Shown: positions 9,045 to 20,845, counted from the first letter of the stretch. The stretch: DNA of 61,044 nt from Cyanophyceae cyanobacterium (GCA_038321985.1 JBBQFN010000031.1:1-61044); one strand, 5' to 3'. Notes: a model not told the origin generated them from the sequence alone. Numbers and translations: made by a program.

Positions 9045-12000
9045 TTATTCTTCATCTTCATCAATGACGGCGTTGCGATCGAGGATGAGTAAGTTTCGCA
9101 AATTATCACTATCTAAGTCGGCTAACCATTGTTCTCCGGCCCCCACGACTTGTTCGGCTAACTCTTTCTTACTCTCAATCAAATCGTGGATTTTTTCTTC
9201 TAAAGTGCCGGTACTAATGAATTTATGCACTTGCACATTTTGGGTTTGTCCAATTCTAAATACTCGGTCGGTGGCTTGATTTTCTACGGCGGGATTCCAC
9301 CATCGGTCATAGTGAAATACATGATTGGCGCGGGTTAAATTCAGCCCCACCCCACCGGCTTTGATGGATAATATCATAATCGGTGGTCCTTGGGGGTCTA
9401 GTTGGAAGCGATCGACCATTTCTTCCCGTTGATTTTTGCGGGTTCCTCCATACAAAAATAGAATTTCTCTGCCTAGTTTTTGGGAGAGGTAAGGTTGCAG
9501 GAGTTTCCCCCATTCGGCAAATTGGGTGAAGATTAAGCCCCGATCGCCTTCTGCCAGCATCTCCTCTAACATTTCCTCTAAGCGCACCAACTTGCCCGAT
9601 CGCAAGGGTTCATTGAGAGTTTTTTCTTTCAAAAACTGCGCCGGATGATTGCAAATTTGCTTTAATTTAACCAGCAATGCCAAAATTAAACCATGCCGTT
9701 GAATGCCTTCTGCCGCATCAATTCCAGCCAAGGTACTATCCACAGTTGCTTGATACAATTTTGCCTGTTCCGCAGACAGTCCACAAAATACCGGATTCTC
9801 CTGTTTTTCCGGCAAATCTTGAATGATGGTTTTATCACTTTTCAGGCGACGCAAGACAAAAGGACGAACCAGCGATCGCAATGCCTCTAAGGAATCTGTA
9901 TCCCCATATTTTTCAATGGGTGTAGCAAATCGCCGTTGGAAAAATTGTCGGGCCCCCAAATAACCCGGATTTAAAAAATCCATAATCGACCACAGTTCTT
10001 GCAGTCGGTTTTCTACCGGGGTTCCAGTTAAGGCAATCCGAAACGGTTGGGTTTCTTCATCAATTAAATCTCGGACCGCTTTCGACTGTTTCGCCTGGGG
10101 ATTTTTAATATTTTGAGCTTCATCTAAAATGATGCCATCCCAGGGAATAGTCCGCAATTCTTTTTCATCGCGATAAACCAGGGGATAACTGGTAATGGCT
10201 AAATTTTTGCCTTCTAAGGCTTTAGCAAAGGCTTTCCCCTTGGCCCGTTTGTCGCCATGATGAACCATGACTTTGAGTTTGGGTCCGAATTTTTTAATTT
10301 CTCGTTCCCAGTTGCCTAAGACGGAGGTAGGACAAACTAATAAAACGGGATTATTTAACTCTTGTTGGTCTTGCAAATACAGTAAAAATGCAATGGTTTC
10401 AATGGATTTACCCAATCCCATATCATCGGCTAAACAAGCGCCTAATCCCCATTTTTGCAAGAAAGCCAACCAACTGACCCCGCGTAATTGATAGGGTCGC
10501 AGTTCGCCTTTGAAGTTGGCAGACACTTCTAAATCTTCTAGGGTTCGCTTGTTAGTAATGGTATTAAGCAATTCCTCCAAATGTCCCCCGGCTTCAAATT
10601 TAACCACAGGGAGTTTTTCCATAACCTGAGTATCTCCCGTTGCCAACCGCAAGGCATCTTCTAAGGTCAAAGACATCTGATTTTTGCGTGATTTAAAGAA
10701 GTCCGTGGCGGCGCGAATATCTTGGTCTCGCAGTTCCACCCATTCTCCATTAATTTCAACTAAAGGAGAATTCAGAGCGATTAAACGGTCAAATTCTTTC
10801 TTGGAAATGGTTTGACCGCCAATGGTTAATTCCCACTTAAAATTCAGGAGATTTTGTAACCCTAATCCGCCTTGGGGACGAGTTGGACTATCGGCGCGAA
10901 TAGATAATCCTAAGCGAGTCGCCCAACCGTCGCGCGGGGAGAGACTCTCGGGTAAAATAACGCCTAATCCACTATCTTCAAATCGCCAAGTGACGGATTT
11001 AATAAAGTGATAGGCTTGCAGCGGCGCGATCGCACAGGATTGAGGACATTGGGTATCTAAACTCGCTTCCAAAGGCGGAAATAGGCGAGAAGCTAATCCC
11101 AATCCCCGCAATAAAGTTTCCTGGGGTTGTTCAATGGTCCGGCCTTGATATACAAACTGTTCGACAGGATTATTCCAGATGGTTTTTGCATCCACTAAAC
11201 AGTAAGCATCGTCTACGGATTGCAAGAAATATTGTAGAGTCCAGCGATTATCCCCATATTCTGGGGGGACAAGTTCAAATGCAGTGCGAAACGGTTGCTG
11301 TCCAGCCAGATGAGGGGCAACTGGGGCCGTCCAGGAGGCGATCGCCGATTCAATTTTGGCGATCGCCTCCGGTTCCCCTGGCATCATCGCCTGTTCAGCC
11401 CCCACTAATCCTTGCAGCCATTCTTTAACCGGGGAAACCAAATGGGGTACCGACTCCTCCCCAGTCGCTTTACGGATGCGGACATCCACTGCATGAGAGA
11501 GAAATCCTTGTAGCAACTCTTGAGGTTCCGGGGGTAACTGGACCGCTAATTCCTCTGGGTCCCTGACTTGATAGGTGAGGCAAGCCGTAGGCATCTGCTT
11601 GCTAAAGCGGTTCAGGCGCTTGCGATCGGTGTCGCTATCCAGGAGGGGTTGCCAGTGGGCCGTCGCCCCTCCGGTTTGGGGGCGATCGATTTGCGGCAGA
11701 AACTTACAACGCGCCTGGAGGTCCAAACTCCACCGGGCAATATGGGACCAAAAGCGCAAATCAGACCCGATGAAATTTTCCGCCTGATCGAGGGTCCCCA
11801 AAGGCAATGCCGATAAAAATTCGATCGCCTCTGAAGGATTGAGGCAGAGTCCCTCCACCTGCCAAGGATACAAAGCAAAGTCTTCTTCTGAGGGTTGATT
11901 GCCCGAATGCAGGGGAATTGGAATATGAGTGGAAGTTAGAGAAGTTGGCAGGGCGATCGCCACAGTCCGCCACGGTTCAACCCCTAGCTTTTTATTGGTT

Positions 12001-12269
12001 TTCTTTTGATTTTTCCCTTTTGTGGGAGTCGGCTTAGCCCAGTCTGGTAATTCCCAGGACAAACGATTTTGTTCTTTTAAAGTTTTAATAAAATCAGTTA
12101 ATTCCGTGGGATTCATGGCTAAAGGATGGGCCAGTGCTTGATGGAAATTAGCCGATTCCTCTGGTACTAACCGTCGCCAAATTTCTCCCCAAATTAATAA
12201 ATATTCACTGGAATGCTCGACTTGGGCTGAATCCCCAGATTGAATCCAACTTCCATGTAAAATTGCCAT
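9045..12269 (-). CDS. SNF2-family DEAD/DEAH-box helicase (DUF3670-type N-terminus)
   Basis: LRPYQLRG, LADDMGLGKS, LDEAQNIKN, ALTGTPVEN, GGVGLNLT, DRWWNPAVENQATDRVFRIGQ. Confidence 0.95.
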   Translation of the reverse strand: MAILHGSWIQSGDSAQVEHSSEYLLIWGEIWRRLVPEESANFHQALAHPLAMNPTELTDFIKTLKEQNRLSWELPDWAKPTPTKGKNQKKTNKKLGVEPWRTVAIALPTSLTSTHIPIPLHSGNQPSEEDFALYPWQVEGLCLNPSEAIEFLSALPLGTLDQAENFIGSDLRFWSHIARWSLDLQARCKFLPQIDRPQTGGATAHWQPLLDSDTDRKRLNRFSKQMPTACLTYQVRDPEELAVQLPPEPQELLQGFLSHAVDVRIRKATGEESVPHLVSPVKEWLQGLVGAEQAMMPGEPEAIAKIESAIASWTAPVAPHLAGQQPFRTAFELVPPEYGDNRWTLQYFLQSVDDAYCLVDAKTIWNNPVEQFVYQGRTIEQPQETLLRGLGLASRLFPPLEASLDTQCPQSCAIAPLQAYHFIKSVTWRFEDSGLGVILPESLSPRDGWATRLGLSIRADSPTRPQGGLGLQNLLNFKWELTIGGQTISKKEFDRLIALNSPLVEINGEWVELRDQDIRAATDFFKSRKNQMSLTLEDALRLATGDTQVMEKLPVVKFEAGGHLEELLNTITNKRTLEDLEVSANFKGELRPYQLRGVSWLAFLQKWGLGACLADDMGLGKSIETIAFLLYLQDQQELNNPVLLVCPTSVLGNWEREIKKFGPKLKVMVHHGDKRAKGKAFAKALEGKNLAITSYPLVYRDEKELRTIPWDGIILDEAQNIKNPQAKQSKAVRDLIDEETQPFRIALTGTPVENRLQELWSIMDFLNPGYLGARQFFQRRFATPIEKYGDTDSLEALRSLVRPFVLRRLKSDKTIIQDLPEKQENPVFCGLSAEQAKLYQATVDSTLAGIDAAEGIQRHGLILALLVKLKQICNHPAQFLKEKTLNEPLRSGKLVRLEEMLEEMLAEGDRGLIFTQFAEWGKLLQPYLSQKLGREILFLYGGTRKNQREEMVDRFQLDPQGPPIMILSIKAGGVGLNLTRANHVFHYDRWWNPAVENQATDRVFRIGQTQNVQVHKFISTGTLEEKIHDLIESKKELAEQVVGAGEQWLADLDSDNLRNLLILDRNAVIDEDEE

Positions 12270-13071
12270 GATTTTAATAAATCCTCTGAGTATTGAATAA
12301 TTTTTGAAAAGGTAAATCCCATGAATTACCCTAAGTGTTTGTTCATAAAATTAGGCTTAACAAGGGTTATCAAAAATAGGAAAAAAAGTAAATTTAGAGG
12401 TTTTAAATTTGGGTCGAAATTTTAATCCTCTAGAATCAGACTGGAATCAATTTAACATTTTTCGGCCAACCTAAGCATCCGATTCTGGACGATCGCACTC
12501 AGGGAGAGGAATTTGGACCCGATGGGGGTGACTCGTGGGGAAGGGCTCGAACTGGGTAAAAGGGGAACCCTAGGAGGCGATCGCCGCCATAACTGTAGTC
12601 ATGGCCCCCGAGGAACTACACGGCGGCAAACTCGCCGGATTATTAGGCGCATCCAGGGCTGGAAACCCGTTTCACTTGAGGAGGTCCGGCCTTCGGGAGG
12701 GGCGACAAAGTGGACAATTTAAAATTTAAAGGGGTGAATTGTCTGCTTAAAATTTTACGCGATTGATGAGATTATCCTCGGTAATGAATGCTGCGATAGT
12801 GGGCTAAAATAAATAAAAAGGCTCGCAAAACGGGAAGAGTGCTCAAGAGAGCATCCGGCCATGGACTGCTGACCCAAAGTAGGAGAGAAGCACTCCACCC
12901 CAAAACCGATCCACCAAGACTGGCATACATGATAAGGGATCGTGGCGAAGAGATTGCTATTGCCTTCCGATGAGTCCGAACCCCTGGTTGCGTCTAAAGC
13001 AATCGCACTTTAGAAGTGTTACGATTGCCACAGAAAAGAAAAGAGAGTGAAGTAGAAGGAAAAAGGACTGC

Positions 13072-15222
13072 ATGAAAGAAATTGAAAAGTCAATATCCTT
13101 TGATGGTCGGGATATTCGACTCACTATTGGGTTGTTGGCACCCCAGGCAGGCGGTGCAGTATTGATTCAGTCTGGAGATACGGCTGTATTCGTGACGGCG
13201 ACCCGTTCTCAAGGAAGAGAAGGGATTGATTTTCTCCCCTTGTTGGTAGATTACGAAGAACGCCTCTATGCAGGTGGAAAAATTCCCGGGGGCTTCTTGC
13301 GACGCGAAGGAAGACCGCCCGAAAAGGTAACCCTAACCAGTCGATTGATCGACCGTCCGTTGCGGCCTTTGATTCCACAATGGATTCGGGATGATATCCA
13401 AATTGTCGCTACAACCTGGTCTATGGACCCCCAAGTACCCCCGGATGTGTTAGCCGTAACGGGTGCTTCGGTAGCGGTGCAGTTAGCAGGAATCCCCTTC
13501 TATGGCCCAATGGCAGCCGTGCGCGTCGGTTTGGTGGGAGATGATTTTATTATTAACCCCACCTATAAAGAAATTACCTCGGGAGACCTGGATCTAGTTG
13601 TGGCCGGAAGTCCGGATGGGGTAATCATGGTGGAAGCTGGTGCCAATCAGCTTCCGGAACAGGATATTATCGAAGCCATTGATTTCGGCTATGAAGCCAC
13701 CTGTGATTTAATTCAAGCGCAGCGGGAAATCATGGCCGAGTTGGGAATTGAGCCAGTTATTGAGAAAACCCCAGAAGTAGATAAAACTCTGGAAACGTTT
13801 ATTCAAGAACGGGCTACGGCAGAAATTAAAGAGGTTTTGTCGCAACATTTAGACAAAACAGCCCGGGATACCCGCTTAGATGAAATTAAAGCCACCCTCC
13901 AAGGGCAAATTGTGGAAATGCCCGAGGAAGACTCCGTGCGGGTTGCGGCAACTGCGGATAGCAAAGCTGTAGGTAAGGTCTTTAAAGAAGTTACCAAGCA
14001 CCTGATGCGGCGGCAGATTGTCGAAGATGGAGTGCGGGTGGATGGTCGTAAACTCGACGAAGTACGTCCCGTCTCCTGTCGGGTGGGAATCTTGCCTCGC
14101 CGGGTCCATGGCAGCGCCTTATTTAACCGGGGATTAACCCAAGTGTTATCCTTGGTGACTTTGGGGACCCCTGGAGATGCCCAGGATTTAGGGGATGACT
14201 TGCATCCAGAAGATGAAAAGCGGTACTTGCATCATTACAATTTCCCTCCGTTTTCCGTGGGAGAAACCCGACCGATGCGATCGCCTGGACGCCGGGAAAT
14301 CGGCCACGGTGCCTTAGCAGAACGGGCCTTAATTCCCGTCTTGCCAGACTATGCCCAGTTCCCTTACGTTATTCGTGTGGTCTCTGAGATCCTGTCCTCG
14401 AACGGATCAACCTCCATGGGTTCGGTTTGCGGTTCGACTTTGGGGCTGATGGATGCTGGAGTTCCCATCACAAAACCCGTGTCCGGTGCGGCAATGGGGC
14501 TGATTAAAGAAGGGGATGAAGTGCGGATTTTGACCGATATCCAGGGGATTGAAGATTTCCTCGGGGATATGGACTTCAAAGTAGCAGGGACTGACACGGG
14601 AATCACCGCCTTGCAGATGGATATGAAAATTTCCGGGTTGTCGATGGAGACGATCGCCCAGGCGATTCAGCAAGCGAAACCGGCGCGACTGCATATCCTG
14701 GAAAAAATGCTCGGAACGATTGATACGCCTCGTGAGGAACTCTCACCCTACGCGCCACGCCTGTTAACGATTAAAATCGACCCCGAGTTTATTGGGATGG
14801 TGATTGGCCCAGGCGGTAAGATGATCAAGAGCATTACTGAAGAGACCGGGGCCAAGATCGATATCCAAGATGATGGCACCGTGACTGTCTCGGCGATCGA
14901 AAGTGAAAAGGCACAGCGTGCGGTGACGATTATCCAGAACATGACCCGCAAGTTGTCTGCCGGAGATGTTTATGTGGGTAATGTCACTCGGATTATTCCG
15001 ATTGGTGCATTTGTGGAATTCCTCCCAGGTAAGGAAGGAATGGTTCACATTTCTCAGATTGCGGATTACCGAGTCGGCAAGGTAGAAGATGAACTCGCCG
15101 TGGGCGATCAGGTGGTGATTAAAGTGCGCGATATTGACAACAAAGGCCGAATCAATCTCACTCGTCTGAACATTCATCCCGATGAGGCACAGGCCGCACG
15201 GGAAGCAGCCGGACTGGTGTAG
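13072..15222 (+). CDS. pnp: Polyribonucleotide nucleotidyltransferase (PNPase)
   Basis: [52 protein letters not shown] and S1 domains. Confidence 0.98.
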   Translation: MKEIEKSISFDGRDIRLTIGLLAPQAGGAVLIQSGDTAVFVTATRSQGREGIDFLPLLVDYEERLYAGGKIPGGFLRREGRPPEKVTLTSRLIDRPLRPLIPQWIRDDIQIVATTWSMDPQVPPDVLAVTGASVAVQLAGIPFYGPMAAVRVGLVGDDFIINPTYKEITSGDLDLVVAGSPDGVIMVEAGANQLPEQDIIEAIDFGYEATCDLIQAQREIMAELGIEPVIEKTPEVDKTLETFIQERATAEIKEVLSQHLDKTARDTRLDEIKATLQGQIVEMPEEDSVRVAATADSKAVGKVFKEVTKHLMRRQIVEDGVRVDGRKLDEVRPVSCRVGILPRRVHGSALFNRGLTQVLSLVTLGTPGDAQDLGDDLHPEDEKRYLHHYNFPPFSVGETRPMRSPGRREIGHGALAERALIPVLPDYAQFPYVIRVVSEILSSNGSTSMGSVCGSTLGLMDAGVPITKPVSGAAMGLIKEGDEVRILTDIQGIEDFLGDMDFKVAGTDTGITALQMDMKISGLSMETIAQAIQQAKPARLHILEKMLGTIDTPREELSPYAPRLLTIKIDPEFIGMVIGPGGKMIKSITEETGAKIDIQDDGTVTVSAIESEKAQRAVTIIQNMTRKLSAGDVYVGNVTRIIPIGAFVEFLPGKEGMVHISQIADYRVGKVEDELAVGDQVVIKVRDIDNKGRINLTRLNIHPDEAQAAREAAGLV

Positions 15223-15320
15223 AAAGTTCTACCTTTATCCCTCCAATTTGAACTGGAGGGGTCGCGCATGGCCTGCCTAACCGGATTTTAAAGCGGTTAT
15301 AAGTGAGATTTAGTGATAAG

Positions 15321-15346
15321 AAAGCTTCTGGTATCAGAAGCTTTTT
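15321..15346. terminator. Probable bidirectional terminator between pnp and the DUF4327 gene
   Basis: AAAGCTTCTG-GTAT-CAGAAGCTTT hairpin with T-tail, between convergent genes. Confidence 0.7.
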
Positions 15347-15531
15347 GCCTGTTTAGCAGGCGATCGCATTGGTGATGGCGAAACATAAGGTCAACATCAG
15401 CACTAAACCCAGTGGGCGATCGCCTCCAATGATTAAATCCCACCCCCTATTTCCCAAAGCAGCAGGGTTCATACCAAACGGCGAATAAACCAAAACCGTG
15501 AGGGAGGAGCGGTCTAAATAATTTTAATAAT

Positions 15532-15756
15532 TTAATCGTCCAACCAATCTTCCCGACCCAGCAAATCACAGATTCGATCTCTGAGCAAAAAGTCATGGTG
15601 CTCCAACTCCAACTCGATATTTCCCCATTCGCAAGCGGGAATGTACTTGCAAAGGGTATAAATCGGTTGTTGACGGCTAAGTACGCCTTTTTTGACCAAT
15701 TGACGAGCTTCTTGTCGAATAAACCCTATGGTGTATGAGATTGTAGCTTGAACCAT
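15532..15756 (-). CDS. DUF4327 family protein
   Basis: IRQEARQLVKKGVLSRQQPIYTLCKYIP...LE..DFLLRDRICDLLGREDW matches this small cyanobacterial family. Confidence 0.85.
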   Translation of the reverse strand: MVQATISYTIGFIRQEARQLVKKGVLSRQQPIYTLCKYIPACEWGNIELELEHHDFLLRDRICDLLGREDWLDD

Positions 15757-15960
15757 ATTGAAAACTGCACTCCCCTCAGGGTAGTATGAGAGTCACTTAA
15801 TTGTATATTTAAACTGGCTATTTGGGCTAGAAGTGATGCCCATATCATCCTCAAACCATAACAATTTCTATGAACTTCTATCAGTTTTATCCATGACTTC
15901 ACGCCCTGGATTTGTAAAAAATAGGGGTTCGATAGGGTGAGGCAAACTCTTTAGAGGAGC

Positions 15961-15990
15961 CGGATAACGACTAAAGTCGTTAGTACAAAC
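15961..15990 (-). repeat. REP-like palindrome (AACGACT-N2-AGTCGTT family)
   Basis: CGGATAACGACTAAAGTCGTTAGTACAAAC. Confidence 0.7.
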
Positions 15991-16229
15991 TCGGATGAAG
16001 AATTGATTCGTCTGCTTTGATTTGAAGTAAGCACTTCAATCGTCTCTTCATCAAAATTAATAAAAAAAGAAGGAAGAATTCCCCTAGCTCAACCCAGACC
16101 AGGGAGGCCCCAAAAGAGCCCACCCAGATTTTTTGTGACTTTTCAGGGAGATAGGCGTGAAATGATCCCAATTCGTTTTACACTCTTACTTGAGTATTTT
16201 GTCGAATTCTGTATCTGACTGAGTTAACC

Positions 16230-16958
16230 GTGCGAAAAATCATTCTGGCCGGTAATTGGAAAATGTACAAAACCCAGGCAGAAGCCCTGGAGTTTTTAGA
16301 GGGGTTCAAACCCACCGTAGATGACGCCCCGGAGAATCGGGAAGTGGTTCTGTGCGTGCCATTTACTGCTTTAAGCGCTTTGTCCAAGAATTTGCACGGG
16401 AGTCGTATCCGCCTAGGTGCTCAAAATATTCATTGGGAAGAAGCGGGTGCCTATACGGGAGAAATTTCTGGCCCGATGCTGACGGAAATCGGGGTGCGCT
16501 ATGTGATCATTGGTCACAGCGAGCGCCGTCAATATTTTGGGGAAACTGATGCCACGGTGAACCTACGCCTGAAAGCAGCTCAACAATATGGACTGATTCC
16601 CATCCTCTGTGTGGGTGAAACGAAGGAACAACGTGCCGCTCAGGAGACGGAATCTCACATTTTAGGGCAATTGGAAAAAGACCTGGTAGATATCGATCAA
16701 ACCAAGCTAGTGATTGCCTATGAACCGATTTGGGCGATCGGGACTGGCGAAACCTGTGCATCCGAAGAAGCAAATCGGGTGATTGGAGTAATTCGCTCGA
16801 AATTGGACAATAAAGAAGTCACGATTCAGTATGGCGGATCGGTGAAACCGGACAACATCGATGAATTGATGGCAAAACCGGAAATTGACGGGGTATTGGT
16901 CGGTGGAGCCAGCCTCACCCCGGAAAGCTGGGGCCAAATTGTCAATTATCGTGCTTAG
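16230..16958 (+). CDS. tpiA: Triosephosphate isomerase
   Basis: [41 protein letters not shown]. Confidence 0.98.
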   Translation: MRKIILAGNWKMYKTQAEALEFLEGFKPTVDDAPENREVVLCVPFTALSALSKNLHGSRIRLGAQNIHWEEAGAYTGEISGPMLTEIGVRYVIIGHSERRQYFGETDATVNLRLKAAQQYGLIPILCVGETKEQRAAQETESHILGQLEKDLVDIDQTKLVIAYEPIWAIGTGETCASEEANRVIGVIRSKLDNKEVTIQYGGSVKPDNIDELMAKPEIDGVLVGGASLTPESWGQIVNYRA

Positions 16959-17084
16959 GTTTGAGGGATAAGGGTTCCTTCCTATGAAGCAAAAGGGGCG
17001 CTCTACGGTGCGCCCTGGACTGTCTAGAAAGAAACCCGCAACCTGGAAAGTTGAGGTTATCCAAACGAAGCCTGCGCTTCGACG

Positions 17085-17123
17085 GAGTAACGATTTCAGT
17101 CGTTCTCCTTTGTTTGTAGTAAA
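17085..17123 (+). repeat. Degenerate REP-like palindrome cluster
   Basis: GAGTAACGATTTCAGTCGTT followed by TGTTTGTAGTAA head. Confidence 0.55.
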
Positions 17124-17164
17124 TCACGGGCCAACCAATAACTCCCAAAAGTTATTAATCCAGA

Positions 17165-18034
17165 ATGAAGAATAGACCCTTGTCGCTGACCATTCGCGAT
17201 CGCCACTTTGTATGGGGTCAGCGCACCTATTTGATGGGGGTACTCAACGTTACCCCGGATAGTTTTAGTGATGGGGGTGATTTTAATACCCTGGAGACTG
17301 CTGTTACTCATGGGAGGCAGTTAATCAGCGCCGGTGCCGATATTCTGGACATTGGGGGCCAGTCTACGAGACCGGGAGCAGAGGAAGTGTCCCTGGCAGA
17401 GGAACTAAATCGGGTGCTTCCTGTAGTGCGATCGCTCAGAGAAGACCCCGCTTTTGCCACCTACCCCATTTCCATCGATACCTCGCGATCGCCCGTGGCA
17501 AAAGCTGCCGTAGAAGCAGGGGCCGATATCGTTAACGATGTCAGTGGCGGTATGGCGGACCCCCTAATGCTGCCTATAGTGGCAGAATTAGGGGTTCCCT
17601 TCGTGCTTATGCATAGTCGAGGCACTCCCGAAACCATGCAAAAACTTACGAATTATCGAGATTTAATTGGCGAAATTACCCAGTTTTTCACCGTTCAAAT
17701 TCAAAAGGCAACCGCGGCTGGAATTGCACCTCATCAGATTATCCTCGATCCGGGGATTGGGTTTGCTAAAAATTATGAGCAAAATCTGGACTTGATTAGA
17801 AACCTGTCCCAATTTCAAACATTAGGTTGTCCTCTGTTAGTCGGCCCTTCTCGTAAAAGTTTTATCGGATATCTGCTCAACCAACCGGACCCGAAACAGC
17901 GAGTTTGGGGAACGGCTGCTGCTTGTTGTGCTGCGATCGCCACTGGCAGTACGGACATCCTGCGCATCCATGATGTTGCAGAAATGCACGACGTTTGTCG
18001 GGTGGCTGATGCCATTTATCGATCCAAAATCTAA
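17165..18034 (+). CDS. folP: Dihydropteroate synthase
   Basis: MGVLNVTPDSFSDGG, DIGGQSTRPGA, ISIDT, DPGIGFAK, GPSRKSFIG, LRIHDV. Confidence 0.97.
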   Translation: MKNRPLSLTIRDRHFVWGQRTYLMGVLNVTPDSFSDGGDFNTLETAVTHGRQLISAGADILDIGGQSTRPGAEEVSLAEELNRVLPVVRSLREDPAFATYPISIDTSRSPVAKAAVEAGADIVNDVSGGMADPLMLPIVAELGVPFVLMHSRGTPETMQKLTNYRDLIGEITQFFTVQIQKATAAGIAPHQIILDPGIGFAKNYEQNLDLIRNLSQFQTLGCPLLVGPSRKSFIGYLLNQPDPKQRVWGTAAACCAAIATGSTDILRIHDVAEMHDVCRVADAIYRSKI

Positions 18035-18900
18035 GGAGGATTGGAGCCCTTTCCTGGATTACTTGGGGGAGTATTTCCTCCGGGAGGAGAAGGATTATCC
18101 GGGTTATTCAAGTGTTGGCCGATTTCCGGCATAGAAATCAACTCCGATAGGGTATCATTTAATGCCTTCGGGTCCATAAAAATCACCTTAGAGTTAGGAC
18201 TTTCACTCAATTTTTCATTGGCATCCACATAGCGTTTAGCTAGTAAATATTTCATCACTTCTGTGGTTGTCATCTGGGGTTGCAGCAACTCTAAAATCAA
18301 TTGCACAGACTCGGCAGTTGCCTCAGCATCAACAATGGTTGCCCGTTTGCGAATCTCAGAAGCTCGTTGCAGTTCCATTGATTCTAAAACCGTTTTGGGA
18401 GGGTCAAGGTCTTGGAGTTCCACCCGCAAAACTTTAATTCCCCAACTAAAAGTAGCTTCATCTAAACTTTTTAATACCCGCTTATTAATCTCCTCAGTTG
18501 AATAAAAAGTTTCCTCCAATTCCATATGACCAATCGTAGAGCGAAGGGTTGTTAAAACTAGATTTTTAATCGCTAAATTGATATTATTAATTTCATAATA
18601 GGCTTTTTGTAAGTCCATAATTTTCCAATAGACCACCGCATCTAATTTAATGGCGACGTTATCCTTAGTAATGGCATTTTGAGGAGGGACATCTAAAACT
18701 TGTTCCCGAGTCGTATCTTCTACCACGATACTTTCGACATAAGGAAACACTAAGTTTGGCCCGGGACTCAGTTTTCGATTAAATCTTCCCAACCGCTCAA
18801 CTAAGGCTTCGTTCCCTTCATTAATTACTTTAACGGCGCTAACGGTATAACCGAGAATGCCCAAAATTAGGGGAATGATGAAGGCAAAAAATGTATTCAT
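18031..18900 (-). CDS. SPFH/band 7 (stomatin-like) membrane protein
   Basis: N-terminal TM, LVERLGRF, QVLDVPPQNAITKDNV, WGIKVLRVELQDL; Pro/Gly-rich tail. Confidence 0.92.
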   Translation of the reverse strand: MNTFFAFIIPLILGILGYTVSAVKVINEGNEALVERLGRFNRKLSPGPNLVFPYVESIVVEDTTREQVLDVPPQNAITKDNVAIKLDAVVYWKIMDLQKAYYEINNINLAIKNLVLTTLRSTIGHMELEETFYSTEEINKRVLKSLDEATFSWGIKVLRVELQDLDPPKTVLESMELQRASEIRKRATIVDAEATAESVQLILELLQPQMTTTEVMKYLLAKRYVDANEKLSESPNSKVIFMDPKALNDTLSELISMPEIGQHLNNPDNPSPPGGNTPPSNPGKGSNPP

Positions 18901-19085
18901 ATTTCATGATAACTGCAAAAAATAATCTCGAAACCCGCTGAAATTTTATACCTAGCTTAGACCAATAGGGGGATACTTTAATTCCTGAAGCAAACCCGAC
19001 CCTTTTGGTTCAAGAATAGGGGAAAAAATCTCTAAGAAAGGTATTGTCTCTAGTTTAATCGGTTTGTGAAGGTTAAGCATCCGTA

Positions 19086-19127
19086 CAAGGGCGATCGCAT
19101 CCTGGGTTTAGGAGGCGATCGCCCTTG
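19086..19127 (-). terminator. HIP1-containing hairpin downstream of the DUF1400 hydrolase
   Basis: CAAGGGCGATCGC...GCGATCGCCCTTG inverted repeat just after the stop at 19136. Confidence 0.5.
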
Positions 19128-19135
19128 TTAATCCC

Positions 19136-20845
19136 TCAATCCAACTGCCCTAGTGCTGCTTCACTGGTTGCCAACCACCGTGACAAGCGAGTGGGGAGGG
19201 TTTCATTCAGGCGTAAGGCTGTTTCTTCAGTTCCCAGGGATTGCGCGTAGGCAGCGCTTAAAAATGGGGCGTAGGTGCTCGCTTCCGGTGTCTGCTGTTT
19301 GACAAATGCCAAGGTGACCCCGCGTAGTAATTGCCGCAGATTCTCCGTCTGTTCCCGTGTGGGGTCATCAGGTAAGGCGGTTTGACGTTCTAACAGACTG
19401 GGGTAGTCGGGGTCAGTGACGCTGAAATGTGTCCCGCCGATCGCCGTGAGGAGATATTTCGGATCTTCCAGTTGGGTAAAGGGTCGCAGTTGATGGGTTA
19501 CTGCCGGGGACCAAGCATCATCACTCCCTGCCACTAACAGAACCGGAATTTCAATTTTACTGAGTCCTTTTTCCCCGAATAAACTCCCGATATTGGGATT
19601 GAGGGCGATCGCACTTTTAATCCTACGATCGCGCAACGTGATCTGATTTCCCGATAATTCTGTGGCAGAACATTGCAATAAATCCGCAGGCGATCGGCCT
19701 AATTTACGACCCTCGTTACAAAAGTCTCGCAACTCATCTAAATTTAACTCGCCCCCCGCTACAGCTAAGGCGGCATATCCGCCTAAAGAATGTCCAATGA
19801 CTACAGTTTCTTGGGTGTTCAATTTCCCGGCGAGAGAACCGGGTTGGCGGTTGATTTCGGCGAGTTCATCTAGGACAAAACTGATATCTTTAGGAAGTTC
19901 TAAAAAGACGGAAGCGGGTATCAAATTAGTGGGGTCTAAGGTAACGGGGAGATTTTCAACGGATGCCTCATTAATATCAGAATGTTCAATGGCAACGACG
20001 GTGATGCCGTGGGAGGCGAGATGTCGAGATAAATAGTCCAATAAGAAGCGATCGGACCCTAATCCGTGGGAGATAATGGCGAGTGGTCCTTGAGGATTAG
20101 GGCTGAAATAAAGTTCGGCAATAATATCGCGGTTACGCTGGCGATCGCGAAAGGTTAGGGTTTGCTGAGAAACCATTTCGGAACCGGGTAAGGCGGGGTC
20201 AAAGCTAGAGTAAAAGGGTTCTGTTTCTAGTTCTAGGTCACTTTCTAAGCGCGATCGCAAAATTTGCCCTTCCAAATAGGGAAGATTCAGACGGGATGCA
20301 ACGCCGATCGCCGAGGTTGCATCAAAGACAATATTTTCACCGGGTAAGGCTTTTAAAATACCTAATAAACTCAGCCCATTGCCTTGGGTGGCAACAAGTT
20401 TAATGGCATCTTTAATTTGGTCAATGGTGCTATCAGGAACCAGCAAAAAAATAGCCCGAACAAAGCGGTTTCCTTGGGGGGATTTGATAAGGCGATCCAG
20501 GGCGCGATCGCCAATGTCTGGGTCAATCTCCACCCGCTGCGCCAACACCTCTTGGAGTCCATCAGGTAAAAAGGGACCTAGGGGGGCAAGATTGCCGGGA
20601 AGTTGCCCGGTTCTAGCATACTGTTCTAAATCAGAAATGGCGATCGAGCCTTGCCAGGGACCGAGACGAAAGGTCAAACTTTCAGCAGCCAGAGTCGCCA
20701 CATTTGCACCGGAGGCGACTGCCAATATCCCCGCAATCAGGGGTGCGATCGCCCGGTGATGCCACGTTCTAAACCGATAATTCAGGCCAAAATTTCCCGA
20801 GAATTTTCCTGATGAATCCCAGCCGATTATTTGAGTACGTTTCAC
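19136..20845 (-). CDS. Alpha/beta hydrolase with N-terminal DUF1400 domain
   Basis: AAESLTFRLGP...ISDLEQYARTG (DUF1400-like), IISHGLGS, nucleophile motif GHSLGG, GGTHFS. Confidence 0.88.
   Translation of the reverse strand: MKRTQIIGWDSSGKFSGNFGLNYRFRTWHHRAIAPLIAGILAVASGANVATLAAESLTFRLGPWQGSIAISDLEQYARTGQLPGNLAPLGPFLPDGLQEVLAQRVEIDPDIGDRALDRLIKSPQGNRFVRAIFLLVPDSTIDQIKDAIKLVATQGNGLSLLGILKALPGENIVFDATSAIGVASRLNLPYLEGQILRSRLESDLELETEPFYSSFDPALPGSEMVSQQTLTFRDRQRNRDIIAELYFSPNPQGPLAIISHGLGSDRFLLDYLSRHLASHGITVVAIEHSDINEASVENLPVTLDPTNLIPASVFLELPKDISFVLDELAEINRQPGSLAGKLNTQETVVIGHSLGGYAALAVAGGELNLDELRDFCNEGRKLGRSPADLLQCSATELSGNQITLRDRRIKSAIALNPNIGSLFGEKGLSKIEIPVLLVAGSDDAWSPAVTHQLRPFTQLEDPKYLLTAIGGTHFSVTDPDYPSLLERQTALPDDPTREQTENLRQLLRGVTLAFVKQQTPEASTYAPFLSAAYAQSLGTEETALRLNETLPTRLSRWLATSEAALGQLD

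Noticed and set aside
12513..12722. 69-aa ORF or ncRNA between SNF2 and pnp
   Set aside because: TTG start, no recognisable motif, no known RNA family recognised.
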